A stretch of 64,000 nt of DNA, from assembly GCA_963699755.1 (NCBI GenBank), contig CAVOVB010000002.1:608001-672000 (forward strand). Reading direction: 5' to 3'. How positions within the stretch are numbered: the stretch's first letter is position 1; every line of letters starts with the position of its first letter. A model generated the notes under the pieces. It was not told where the DNA came from. It saw nothing but the letters and a program-made list of their open reading frames with translations, and ran no database searches. Source of the stretch: an uncultured delta proteobacterium. GTDB lineage: Bacteria > Myxococcota_A > Polyangia > Polyangiales > Houyiibacteriaceae. Of this stretch, positions 38,540 to 48,031 are shown in pieces. Position numbers and translations under genes: made by a program.

Positions 38540-39841
38540 TCAGAAACCGTCCGGGGGCTCGACCTGATAGGTCGATAGAACATGCAGCTCGTAGGGGTCG
38601 CAGCTGCTCCCTAGCTGGGTGGAGGCGACGACGACCAGGACTTTGCCTATCCCCGAGTCCGTCGCCCCGCTGGAGCCTGAGTTGCAGTGGCGTTCGATGC
38701 CGATCGCCTCGCCCTGCGAGATGCAGAACTTGGTGCCCTCGATCTCTTCTTCCCAGCCGGGGCAGTTGCCCACGCCTTCGTCCCCGTTGGGGCACAAGTA
38801 GGTCAGGTAGAGGACCCGGTCGCCGTTCGCGCCCAAAGCCTGCGCCACGATTGGCGTCGGGGCATCGAGCACTTGCAACTCGTAATAGTCGACATCGCTC
38901 GAATCGTGAAGCGTAGCCTGAACCGTGATACCCCATACGTCCTGCATGCAGTTGGGGCCGGCGCCGGCTCCACAGAGCAGGGTCGCGTCGTTCACGTGAT
39001 CGTTTTTCTCGAATAGGTCCGAGCAGACGCATCGACCGCCGTCGCAACGGAAGCCGTCTTCGAAGCCGTTGTCCCGGCAGGTGCCACAAAGCGTCGGCGT
39101 GCCGCAGATTGGCGCGTTGCCGCACTCGACACCTTGCCCCTCGCATGTGCAGTCGCCAAGGCACTCGAAGACCAAGTCGTTCGACAGAACGCAATCCTCG
39201 CCGCCCCTGCACGACGGGCAGACGGCTAGGCCTCCGCAGCCGTCTGGAAGTCCACCTGGCGGCGAGCATTCATTCTCGGCGCAGGGATAGGCCGGTTCAC
39301 AGCACTCGCCTTCGATGCAGACCTGGTCCGCGGTGCAACGGTCGTTGCAGCCGAGACCGCAGTCCGTGCCAGGGGGGCAAACACAACGGTTGCCGACGCA
39401 AGCCTGGTCGCCCAGGCAAGCCCCACAGAAGATCGCCTGCTCCTGACCACCACAACGGGTGGGAATCACGCCGCACTCGGCGCCGCCCTCGAAGTTGGCA
39501 CAACTGTTTTCTTCGCATCCACAAACGAAATTCTGGTCGTTCGCGCCGCAGGCTTCGCCCTCGGGGCAGCCACCACATTCGATCGATCCGTCGCAACCGT
39601 CCGGCAACGCGCCGCATTCGATCGTAATTCCGAGAGAAGCGAAGTCGCTGATCACTTGCTCGCAGGACTTCGGTACGCACTCCGGTTCTTTCGAGTCGTA
39701 ACAACGGCTGTCGCTGCTCCAGCAGAAGTAGCCTGAAGGGCAGTCGCTGGGTTGGCCACAACCAAATAGTCCGTTTGGAATGGAGAGGTTGCACCCACCG
39801 AGGGCGAAGAGGCCGAGAACGAAGACGAAGCGAAAGCCCAT
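38540..39841 (-). CDS. Cys-rich repeat lipoprotein with C-terminal PPC-like beta domain
   Basis: Lipobox LGG-C; repeated ECG..PDGC.G...CG.C units; FEKND...DVDYY C-terminal domain. Confidence 0.75.
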   Translation of the reverse strand: MGFRFVFVLGLFALGGCNLSIPNGLFGCGQPSDCPSGYFCWSSDSRCYDSKEPECVPKSCEQVISDFASLGITIECGALPDGCDGSIECGGCPEGEACGANDQNFVCGCEENSCANFEGGAECGVIPTRCGGQEQAIFCGACLGDQACVGNRCVCPPGTDCGLGCNDRCTADQVCIEGECCEPAYPCAENECSPPGGLPDGCGGLAVCPSCRGGEDCVLSNDLVFECLGDCTCEGQGVECGNAPICGTPTLCGTCRDNGFEDGFRCDGGRCVCSDLFEKNDHVNDATLLCGAGAGPNCMQDVWGITVQATLHDSSDVDYYELQVLDAPTPIVAQALGANGDRVLYLTYLCPNGDEGVGNCPGWEEEIEGTKFCISQGEAIGIERHCNSGSSGATDSGIGKVLVVVASTQLGSSCDPYELHVLSTYQVEPPDGF

Positions 39842-40611
39842 CAGAAAGCTCCTCTCACCGAAATGCCCGCGGGGCCGATGATCAGTTCGGGGATCGATTC
39901 CTCGTGCCCCCCGGTGAGCCGCCAGATCACGCCGCCGATGATCCCTGCTCCTCCGACGGCCATGAGGGCGACGCCGGCCTTGCTCAGTCGCGGTCCCCGA
40001 TCGGCCATTTCTTGGACCATCGAATAGCTCGATCCCGCCGGCGCGTTTTCGACTTCCTTCTGATCACGTTGCCCGAGACCGAGGAGCACTGCTCCGGTTG
40101 CTAGCGCCGCGCCACTGACTCCAATGGTGATCCAAGGACCTGGTCCTGGTCCTACGTACTCGGTGAGCGGTCGTTCGGCCTTGACCTTCGCAGCCGCCTC
40201 GACCGCCGCTCTGCGCGCTTCGATTTCGGCGTCGAGCGCAGCCCTTTCTCGTGCTTCGATCGCGTCACGCAATACCGCAATTCTGCTCTCGACGTGCTCA
40301 CGGTCGGCCGACTCGGGGCGCGCCTCGAGGTAGCCTGCGTATGCCGCGACAGCCTCTTCGTCGCGCCGCAACCGATCGGAAACCGCAGCGATGTTGTAGA
40401 GAAGGTCTGGGCTGCTCGTCAGCTCGTATGCTTTCCTGAAACTCGCGAGTGCACGTTCGAACTCGCCATCGGCATAGGCAGCGGTCCCAAGCGCGAAGGC
40501 CTCTTTGGCCTCAGCGATTCGCTGTTCGTGTGATCGCGAGCCCTGCGCCAGGACGCTCGCTGCGGAAACCAAAGATGTGACGCCGATAACCAGGATAAGA
40601 AGGAAACGCAT
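39841..40611 (-). CDS. Exported TPR protein with hydrophobic helical hairpin and C-terminal beta strand ending in Phe
   Basis: Signal peptide; A...F..G...Y..G.F..A...F.KAYEL...PDLLYNIA TPRs; two Gly-rich hydrophobic segments; ...GISVRGAF*. Confidence 0.75.
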   Translation of the reverse strand: MRFLLILVIGVTSLVSAASVLAQGSRSHEQRIAEAKEAFALGTAAYADGEFERALASFRKAYELTSSPDLLYNIAAVSDRLRRDEEAVAAYAGYLEARPESADREHVESRIAVLRDAIEARERAALDAEIEARRAAVEAAAKVKAERPLTEYVGPGPGPWITIGVSGAALATGAVLLGLGQRDQKEVENAPAGSSYSMVQEMADRGPRLSKAGVALMAVGGAGIIGGVIWRLTGGHEESIPELIIGPAGISVRGAF

Positions 40612-40680
40612 CTCTCCCCCGAAAGTAAGGCCGCGCGCGAAACGCGTTCCTACAAGCTAGCAGTCCGAAAAAGCGGATGC

Positions 40681-42291
40681 TCATTCGCGGGCGATGTAGG
40701 GGGCCCTATCCTTGGAGATGCGAGTGTCCCCCTGCCACTCGCCGCCGGCGTGGGGGTAGTCCAAATTGTAATGAAGCCCACGGCTTTCTTTGCGAGCGCT
40801 CGCGCAACGGATGATCAGCTCGGCGACGTCAGCAATGTTTCGAAGCTCCAACATGTCGCGGTTGACCAAGTGAGCCCAGTAGTATTCGCGAATCTCGTCC
40901 TGCAGCATTGCGATGCGACGCAGGGCACGGTGCAGACGCCGGTCGGTGCGAACGATGCCCACATAGTTCCACATGAATCGGCGTATCTCATCCCAGTTCT
41001 GAGATACGACCACCGCTTCGTCGCTCGGGACCGCCTCGCCCACATCCCAGTCGGCGACCTCGGGAAGCGTCCGTTCTGAGGTCGTCTCCAGCGCCTCCTG
41101 AGCGGCGATCGCGGTTCGATGACCGTACACCAGGCCTTCGAGAAGCGAGTTCGAGGCCAAGCGGTTCGCACCGTGCAGGCCCGTGCAAGTCACCTCGCCG
41201 ACGGCCCAGAGGCCTGGGAGCGTCGAGCTGCCTTTGTCGTCGACCACGACCCCGCCACACATGTAGTGGGCCGCGGGAACCACGGGGATGGGCTCTTTGG
41301 TGATGTCGATGCCGTACTGAAGGCATCGCGCATGGATCTTTGGAAACCTCTCGAGGACGAAGGACTCGGGCTCGTGAGTCATGTCGAGGTAGACGCAATC
41401 GTCGCCACGGCGTTTCATCTCGTAGTCGATCGCGCGGGCAACCACATCGCGAGGAGCCAGGTCTTTCATCTCGTGATGCCTCTCCATGAAAGCCTCGCCG
41501 CTTTGGAGTCGAAGAACCCCACCCTCGCCGCGCAGCGCTTCACTGATGAGAAAACTCTTGGCTTTGGGATGAAACAGGCAGGTCGGATGAAACTGAAAGA
41601 ACTCCATGTTCGCGAGCTCGGCCCCAGCGCGATAGGCCATCGCAACGCCGTCACCGGTCGCCACGTCGGGGTTCGAGGTATAGAGATAGACCTTGCCCGC
41701 ACCCCCGGTGGCCAGCACGGTGGCACGAGCGAGATAAGTCTTGACCTGGCCGCTGTTTTCGTCGAGCACGTAGGCGCCGACGACCCGGCGAGGACCTCCG
41801 AACTTCGACGCTACGACGAGATCGATCGCCATGTGGTCTTCGGCGACGTGGATGTTGGGCGAGGCCAACGCAGCCTGGACGAGCACCCTTTGGACTTCCT
41901 CGCCAGTGATGTCCCCTGCATGGACGACGCGTCGAGCGCTATGACCACCCTCCCTCGTGAGGTCTAGGGAAAGACCCTCGTGAGTTCGGCTGAACTGCGC
42001 GCCGAGATCCATCAGCTCGCGAATACGGTCCGGGCCGTCGCGGACCACCATTTCGACGATCTCGCGATGCGAAAGTCCACCCCCGGTGCCCATCGTGTCG
42101 GTGACGTGAGCCTCGAAGGAATCCGCGGGGTCGAGCACCGCGGCGATCCCGCCCTGCGCCCAGTTCGTCGCGGAGTCCATAGGGCTTCGCTTGGTGACCA
42201 TCATCACGCGGCTGTGGCGCGCAGCCTCGAGCGCGAAGCTCAAACCGGCGACTCCACTTCCCAGCACCAGGTAATCGCACTCGGTCCGCAT
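40681..42291 (-). CDS. nadB: L-aspartate oxidase
   Basis: GSGVAGL, WAQGGIAAV, EGGHSARR, QFHPT, LISEALRGEG, GLHGANRLASNSLLEG. Confidence 0.96.
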   Translation of the reverse strand: MRTECDYLVLGSGVAGLSFALEAARHSRVMMVTKRSPMDSATNWAQGGIAAVLDPADSFEAHVTDTMGTGGGLSHREIVEMVVRDGPDRIRELMDLGAQFSRTHEGLSLDLTREGGHSARRVVHAGDITGEEVQRVLVQAALASPNIHVAEDHMAIDLVVASKFGGPRRVVGAYVLDENSGQVKTYLARATVLATGGAGKVYLYTSNPDVATGDGVAMAYRAGAELANMEFFQFHPTCLFHPKAKSFLISEALRGEGGVLRLQSGEAFMERHHEMKDLAPRDVVARAIDYEMKRRGDDCVYLDMTHEPESFVLERFPKIHARCLQYGIDITKEPIPVVPAAHYMCGGVVVDDKGSSTLPGLWAVGEVTCTGLHGANRLASNSLLEGLVYGHRTAIAAQEALETTSERTLPEVADWDVGEAVPSDEAVVVSQNWDEIRRFMWNYVGIVRTDRRLHRALRRIAMLQDEIREYYWAHLVNRDMLELRNIADVAELIIRCASARKESRGLHYNLDYPHAGGEWQGDTRISKDRAPYIARE

Positions 42292-42585
42292 GGACGCCGG
42301 AGTCTAACAGGCCGGGCGGCAGCCGCGAGCGGGGTTTTCGCGAGTCAACGAGGATCGAGCTCTAGGGCTGGACGGGGTCCGAAGGCGGAACGAAATACTG
42401 GAAACAACTGCCGCGGTAGCCCTTGACCAAGAGCAGACCAGGTCGCCCAGGCAGCCCCGGACGTCGATGCGTTCGAAGTGCTCCGAAGTGCCAGGGGATG
42501 CCCATCATGGGCAGAACTGTGACGAGTACGACCAAGAGAGGCGCATTTTGGCGTGACTCGAGACCCGGGGATACACTTCCGAACG

Positions 42586-43236
42586 ATGGGCGCGCGACGG
42601 TTGGCGGCACTGGGACTGGCAGCTCTGATCGTGGGTACGACGGTGCCGGCTCGTGCCGATATCTACCTTTGCAGGCGCGGCGACGGGACGGAGCACTACA
42701 CGAACCTCCGGCAGCCCGGCCGCCGCTGCCAGCTCGTCGTCCGCAGCAGCAGGAAGGCCAAGCCGCAACGGGGCGCCCGCAATGAGAGCGCCACCGCCAA
42801 AGCGACGAGCGGCACCCGGAGCAAGGACCCCGCTCGCTACAACCGCTACGACCGCTTGATCGAGGAGGCGGCGCATTTGTATCAGCTCCCCCATGCATTC
42901 ATTCGAGCCGTCATGAGGGTCGAGAGCGATTTCAATCCCACGGTGGTCAGTCGAGCGGGCGCGATGGGCCTGATGCAACTGATGCCGCTGACCGCGCGCT
43001 CGATGGGCGTGTTCGACCCGTTCGACCCTCGCCAGAACATCCTCGCCGGGGCGCGTTATCTACGCATCCTCGCAAATCGATTCAAGGGCGACTTGGTACT
43101 GACTGTGGCTGCGTACAACGCTGGAGAAGGCGCGGTCGATAAGTACGAGGGTATCCCTCCCTACAAAGAGACGCAGCGCTATGTTCGCCGAGTGCTCAAG
43201 CACTACTACGCATACCGCGGCGGAAGCACCCCTTAG
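42586..43236 (+). CDS. Lytic transglycosylase (SLT) with DUF4124-like N-terminus
   Basis: Signal peptide, DIY....DG..HYTN, VESDFNP, GAMGLMQLMP, AAYNAG, ETQRYV. Confidence 0.92.
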   Translation: MGARRLAALGLAALIVGTTVPARADIYLCRRGDGTEHYTNLRQPGRRCQLVVRSSRKAKPQRGARNESATAKATSGTRSKDPARYNRYDRLIEEAAHLYQLPHAFIRAVMRVESDFNPTVVSRAGAMGLMQLMPLTARSMGVFDPFDPRQNILAGARYLRILANRFKGDLVLTVAAYNAGEGAVDKYEGIPPYKETQRYVRRVLKHYYAYRGGSTP

Positions 43237-43239
43237 CTG

Positions 43240-44145
43240 ATGGCTCTTGTGCTCATCGTCGCAGTCCTGGTGGGCATGGCGGCTCCGCTGATCCGAGGCT
43301 GGATCTGGGGTGTTCCGTTCAGCCTCCTGTCGGTCGCCACGGCCATCAAGTCGTTTTTTGGGTCGGCTTTGGCTACGATCGTCGTCGGCATTGCGGCGCT
43401 GTTCGCCCTCAGCACGACACCCATGGATCAGGCAGAGATCGACTGGGTTGCCGCCTCGATCGGAGGCGCGATCGCGCTGTTCTTGTTGCTCAGCTCGGCG
43501 CAACGCTTTCGGGACGTTCGCGGGCTTTCGATTCTCTGCCAACGTTTGCAGGAAGAGGACGTGAGGTCGACCGCGGCACGGGCTCTCGAACGGCTTCTCA
43601 ACCGGGTCCGACGTCACGACGCGCAGCGCTACGTCGCACTGGTACTCATGGCGACGGGACCGCTGACTCAGGCCGGCATGTGGGCCGAAGCTCGAGAGCG
43701 CTTACAGAAATTGGACGAAGTTGCCCTCTCCGGGGCGCAGGCGGTTCTTCGGGATCAGGCCCTCGCGACCTGCGAGCTGCAGTTCGACGACCCGGAGGCC
43801 GCCCAGCGTGTCATCGATCGGATCGAGAGGCCGACGGAACCTTCGATCGAGGTCTGGCTGATTGCGATGGAGGCTCTACTGATGGCCGTTCGAGGCGAGT
43901 CGGAAAAGGCGCTCGCGCACCTGGGGGCGCAGAGCGGGGACGACAACCCTTCGCTTCGCGCCTCGCATCGCCTCGTCCATGCTCACATTCTTGCTGGACG
44001 CGGACAAACCGAGGACGCGCTCGAGGAGCTGCGTTCGCTGCGACTCGAGGCAGGTCGTGCGGGCCTCGAGCGCGTCATGTTGCCGCGAGGGCCTGCAAGC
44101 ACGCTCGCCGAGCTGTTGTTGAACGAAGCCGATCAGTCCGGCTGA
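43240..44145 (+). CDS. Hypothetical membrane protein with helical-repeat (TPR-like) C-terminus
   Basis: Several N-terminal TMs followed by Ala/Leu/Glu-rich helices; 3 nt after the SLT gene. Confidence 0.6.
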   Translation: MALVLIVAVLVGMAAPLIRGWIWGVPFSLLSVATAIKSFFGSALATIVVGIAALFALSTTPMDQAEIDWVAASIGGAIALFLLLSSAQRFRDVRGLSILCQRLQEEDVRSTAARALERLLNRVRRHDAQRYVALVLMATGPLTQAGMWAEARERLQKLDEVALSGAQAVLRDQALATCELQFDDPEAAQRVIDRIERPTEPSIEVWLIAMEALLMAVRGESEKALAHLGAQSGDDNPSLRASHRLVHAHILAGRGQTEDALEELRSLRLEAGRAGLERVMLPRGPASTLAELLLNEADQSG

Positions 44146-45500
44146 AAGATGACTTGCTGGGTCGGGTCGTCATCGTAGAACTGCCCAAAGCGGTCGAAGG
44201 TGATGGCTCCAAAGGTGTTGACCGCGATGGAAAACGCTGCACAGCACATAAACGCGACGCCGAACCTCCTCCTGCTCAGCGCGATGAGGACGAAGAGAAG
44301 CGGCAGATAGTCGAGCGAGAACCGATACCCGAACTGGATCCAGCCGGTGTTTTGATAGAGCAGCGTGCAGATCGCAGTGGGCAGGACGGCCGCCCAGAGT
44401 GCCAGGAACGTCCTGTCGAGCTTCTCCGGCCAAAGGCTCCAAAGCAAGTTTGGGCTGCTGAACCAGAGCGCGAGCCCGTGCCTGCTGATGCGAACGAACG
44501 GGCTCGATGGCATGAGCCACGGCAACGATAGGAAGAAGACGGTGAGATTTCTCGGCAGATAGTGCGTGCTGAACAGGCCCCAGGTTTCGATTCTCGGCCG
44601 CCAACGGATTTGCAGGAAGCGATGCCCGAACTCGAAAGGGTCGGCAAAGCGGGCCGCGTTGTGCCAGATCGTGGCGGCGATGATCAGCGCGAGCGGCAGC
44701 ACGAACATCGTGCCCGCGCGCAGGCAATAAGATTCCGATCCCGATGATTGCCGCCCTTCTTCTTTGCCTGCGCGGACCGCTTGGAGCAGGAAGAAGGGGG
44801 CGAGCAGGAGTGTCGCGGGGCGGCAGAGGAACGCGAGCCCGAGCGACAACCCAGCTGCGCCGGGGCGGCGCGCACCGAAGGAGAAGAGCAAATACAGACA
44901 GACGAAGGCCGTAGCCACGACGTGGGCCGCGAACCAGACGGTCCCCTGGACCGCGACGAAGTAGTAGACCGACCCCAGAGCAAAGAGAGCGGTCACCAAC
45001 AAGTCGTCCCGCGCGCTGCGTTCGCTCTGCCCGGACTCGCGAAGGTAGCGCAAGACCACGAAGAGCAGCATTGGCCCCAGGCCCGCGAAAAGGGCCCAGA
45101 ACAGCGCGTCCAAGGTGCCTAGGCCAAAGATCGCCACGAGAGGCAGCAAGAGCAGCGCGGGCAAGGGCGGAAAGGACACGTACCAACGGTATCGCTCCGC
45201 ATCGGGTCCGGAGAACGAATAGCGTCCCTCGGGACAGGGCCCTCGATCGACCGCGTCGAAGCAGGCCCAATCATTCGTCCCGGGGGGCTTGGCGCCGATG
45301 TCGAGGCGACCTTGCAACCATGCCTGGGCAAGATGGACGTAGTGACTATCTGTCGAAGGGCGGAGCAGTCGTTGCGCCGAGGTCGCACAGTAGACCCCGG
45401 AGCCGAGGACGAAAATCACCAGTGGAAGCACCCACCGTCTTTCCCCAAGCGACACTGCGGCAGCATAACCGGCCGCAGGGGCCAGCTGAAGTTTGTCCAC
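44133..45500 (-). CDS. Polytopic membrane protein, GT-C-like glycosyltransferase candidate
   Basis: About 10 TMs, HYVHLAQAWLQGRL, YVSFPPLPA, LAFLCRP, N.ARF.DPFEFG, FGYRFSLDYLP. Start uncertain. Confidence 0.55.
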   Translation of the reverse strand: MDKLQLAPAAGYAAAVSLGERRWVLPLVIFVLGSGVYCATSAQRLLRPSTDSHYVHLAQAWLQGRLDIGAKPPGTNDWACFDAVDRGPCPEGRYSFSGPDAERYRWYVSFPPLPALLLLPLVAIFGLGTLDALFWALFAGLGPMLLFVVLRYLRESGQSERSARDDLLVTALFALGSVYYFVAVQGTVWFAAHVVATAFVCLYLLFSFGARRPGAAGLSLGLAFLCRPATLLLAPFFLLQAVRAGKEEGRQSSGSESYCLRAGTMFVLPLALIIAATIWHNAARFADPFEFGHRFLQIRWRPRIETWGLFSTHYLPRNLTVFFLSLPWLMPSSPFVRISRHGLALWFSSPNLLWSLWPEKLDRTFLALWAAVLPTAICTLLYQNTGWIQFGYRFSLDYLPLLFVLIALSRRRFGVAFMCCAAFSIAVNTFGAITFDRFGQFYDDDPTQQVIFQPD

Positions 45501-45559
45501 CTTGACGCGGAGAAAACGCCGCTCTAGAGCCTTGCGGTTCTATGGAACGGGAGGTTTGG

Positions 45560-46666
45560 ATGGGGTCCCCGACCCTCGATGCAGTCACCAAGGCCCTTCG
45601 CGACGTCGAAGATCCCATTTTTCAAAAATCCCTCGGCGCCCTCGGGACGCTTCTCGACGCACGTCTCGAAGATGGTCGAGTCTGGGCCAAGGTCCGGCTG
45701 AGCTCTCCGTCGGAGGAAGTCCGGCAGACGATCAGCCGGCGTATCGATGCCGCACTCGAGCCACTCGGAGTCGAGTTCGTCGAGCTGGAGATCGAGGTGA
45801 ACGTGCCCACGCGCGAAGCGACGAGCACCGATCCGATTCCCGACGTGCGCAATGTGATCCTAGTGATGAGCGGCAAGGGCGGCGTGGGCAAGAGCACGGT
45901 CGCGACGAATCTCGCGCTCGCGCTACGGCGACTCGGCACACGCGTGGGTCTCCTCGACGCCGACATCTACGGCCCATCGCTCCCGACCATGCTCGGCATC
46001 GAAGGCCAGCCGACTTCCAAGGACGGCAAACGGATCCAGCCTCTTCAGCGCTTTGGCATCAAGCTGATGAGCATTGGCTTCCTACTCGAAGACCCGAAAC
46101 AGGCGATCGTCTGGCGAGGACCGATGCTCCACGGCGCCCTTCAGCAGTTCGTGACCGACGTGGACTGGGGAGGGCTGGACTACCTCATCATCGACTCGCC
46201 GCCGGGAACTGGTGACGTTGCCCTGACGCTGGCACAGAAGCTCCAAATCACGGGGGCGATTATCGTGACAACGCCCCAGGAGGTGGCGCTTCAGGACGTC
46301 TACAAGTCAGTATCGATGTGCCAGAAGCTCAACGTGCCGATTCTGGGCGTGGTCGAAAACATGAGCCATTTCATCGACAGTGCCGGCGTGAAGCACGAGC
46401 TCTTCGGCAGTGGCGGCGGAGAAAAGATTGCGGAGTTCGCCGGAGCCCCCCTCTTTGGTCAGGTGCCGATCGACAGCCTGGTGCGGGAATGGGGAGACCT
46501 GGGAACACCGATCGTTCAGGCCGCCCCCGCATCCGCGGCCGGCCAAGCGTTCGCGGCGGTGGCGGACGCGCTCGCCGAATGCATCGCCAAGGCGCACTTC
46601 GACCGGGGCGGGGGAGAAACCGCGCCCGAGGGCGAAGGTCCCAAGAGACTGCGCATCCTTCGCTGA
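45560..46666 (+). CDS. mrp: Mrp/ApbC/NBP35-family ATPase
   Basis: N-terminal DUF59-like domain, SGKGGVGKST, DADIYGPS, WRGPM, DSPPGTGD, TTPQ, ENMS; RBS GGAGGT before ATG 45560. Confidence 0.92.
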   Translation: MGSPTLDAVTKALRDVEDPIFQKSLGALGTLLDARLEDGRVWAKVRLSSPSEEVRQTISRRIDAALEPLGVEFVELEIEVNVPTREATSTDPIPDVRNVILVMSGKGGVGKSTVATNLALALRRLGTRVGLLDADIYGPSLPTMLGIEGQPTSKDGKRIQPLQRFGIKLMSIGFLLEDPKQAIVWRGPMLHGALQQFVTDVDWGGLDYLIIDSPPGTGDVALTLAQKLQITGAIIVTTPQEVALQDVYKSVSMCQKLNVPILGVVENMSHFIDSAGVKHELFGSGGGEKIAEFAGAPLFGQVPIDSLVREWGDLGTPIVQAAPASAAGQAFAAVADALAECIAKAHFDRGGGETAPEGEGPKRLRILR

Positions 46667-46681
46667 GCTATAGGTGTCCCA

Positions 46682-48031
46682 GTGGACCTCTTCGAGCGAC
46701 AAGCGGAACCGAGCTCTCCTCTGGCGGACCGTATGCGGCCCCAGCGCCTCGAGGATGTGGTGGGCCAGGCCCACCTGCTCGGCGACGGTCACATCCTGGC
46801 CCGCGCGATTCGCGCCGATCGCATTCCCTCGATGATCCTCTGGGGACCACCGGGTACCGGCAAGACCACACTCGCCCATGTGATTGCGAATGAGACACAC
46901 TCGCTGTTCGTGCCGTTCAGCGCGGTGCTCGGCGGCGTGCCGGAGCTTCGAAAGATCATCGCCGCCGCCAAGGAGCAGAAGAGCTATTACGGCAAGAAGA
47001 CGATTCTGTTCATCGACGAGATCCACCGATTCAACAAGGCGCAGCAGGACGCCCTCCTCCCGCACGTGGAGAACGGAACCGTGACCTTGATCGGTGCGAC
47101 CACGGAAAATCCGTCCTTCGCCGTCAACTCGGCGTTGTTGTCTCGCGCTCGCGTCTTCGATTTGAAGCCGCTCGAGGCAGTCGACTTGCGCCAGCTGCTC
47201 GAGCGCGCCCTCACGGACCAAGCGCATGGCATTGGGCCGATCCCCCACTCGGTCGACGACGATGCGCTCGCGGCGATTTCTCAGAACGCCCGGGGCGACG
47301 CTCGCCGCGCCTTGTCCGCCCTCGAGCTGGCCAGCGATTTCGCCCGATCTGCCGGCGTTGAAGCGCTCACCGTGGCGATGGTCCAGGAGGCCTTGGCGAC
47401 CCAGACGCTGCTCTATGACAAGTCCGGGGAAGAGCACTACAACGTCATCAGCGCGTTCATCAAGTCGATGCGGGGAACCGATCCGGACGCGTCGGTCTAT
47501 TGGCTGATGCGCATGCTCGAGGCCGGCGAAGACCCGCTTTTCGTCCTTCGACGGATGCTGATCTTCGCAAGCGAGGACATCGGAAACGCGGATCCTCGCG
47601 CGTTGGAGGTCGCGGTCAGCGCGGATGCCGCGTTTCGGCGCTTGGGAATGCCCGAAGGCATCTTCCCGATTGCGCAGTGCTGCACTTATCTGGCCAGCGC
47701 ACCGAAGAGCAACGCGAGCTACAAAGCGTGGCAGATGGCCCAAGCAGACGTAAGGGAGCACGGGGCCCTGCCGGTACCGCTGAAGCTCCGCAACGCGCCC
47801 ACTGAGGCAATGAAGTCGTGGGGATATGGCGACGGCTACCGATATCCACACGACGAAAGCGGTTTCAGCGCCGAGGAGGCCTATCTTCCGGACGCTCTGG
47901 TCGACCGCAAGTACTACCGCCCGACGGACCAGGGGTTCGAGGCCCGCATCGCTGAGCGGCTGAACGAGCTCGCCGACGCGACTAAGCCGAAGGGGCGCGG
48001 GTCGGGCGGGCCCCGGGGAGGAAAACCCTGA
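46682..48031 (+). CDS. rarA: Replication-associated recombination protein A (RarA/MgsA)
   Basis: PLADRMRP, WGPPGTGKTT, DEIHRFNKAQQD, SAFIKSMRG, SEDIGNADP, YRYPH. Confidence 0.95.
   Translation: MDLFERQAEPSSPLADRMRPQRLEDVVGQAHLLGDGHILARAIRADRIPSMILWGPPGTGKTTLAHVIANETHSLFVPFSAVLGGVPELRKIIAAAKEQKSYYGKKTILFIDEIHRFNKAQQDALLPHVENGTVTLIGATTENPSFAVNSALLSRARVFDLKPLEAVDLRQLLERALTDQAHGIGPIPHSVDDDALAAISQNARGDARRALSALELASDFARSAGVEALTVAMVQEALATQTLLYDKSGEEHYNVISAFIKSMRGTDPDASVYWLMRMLEAGEDPLFVLRRMLIFASEDIGNADPRALEVAVSADAAFRRLGMPEGIFPIAQCCTYLASAPKSNASYKAWQMAQADVREHGALPVPLKLRNAPTEAMKSWGYGDGYRYPHDESGFSAEEAYLPDALVDRKYYRPTDQGFEARIAERLNELADATKPKGRGSGGPRGGKP

Noticed and set aside
42292..42585. Cyclic-dinucleotide riboswitch upstream of the lytic transglycosylase
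   Set aside because: Some stems are possible, but no GEMM or ydaO consensus was recognisable.
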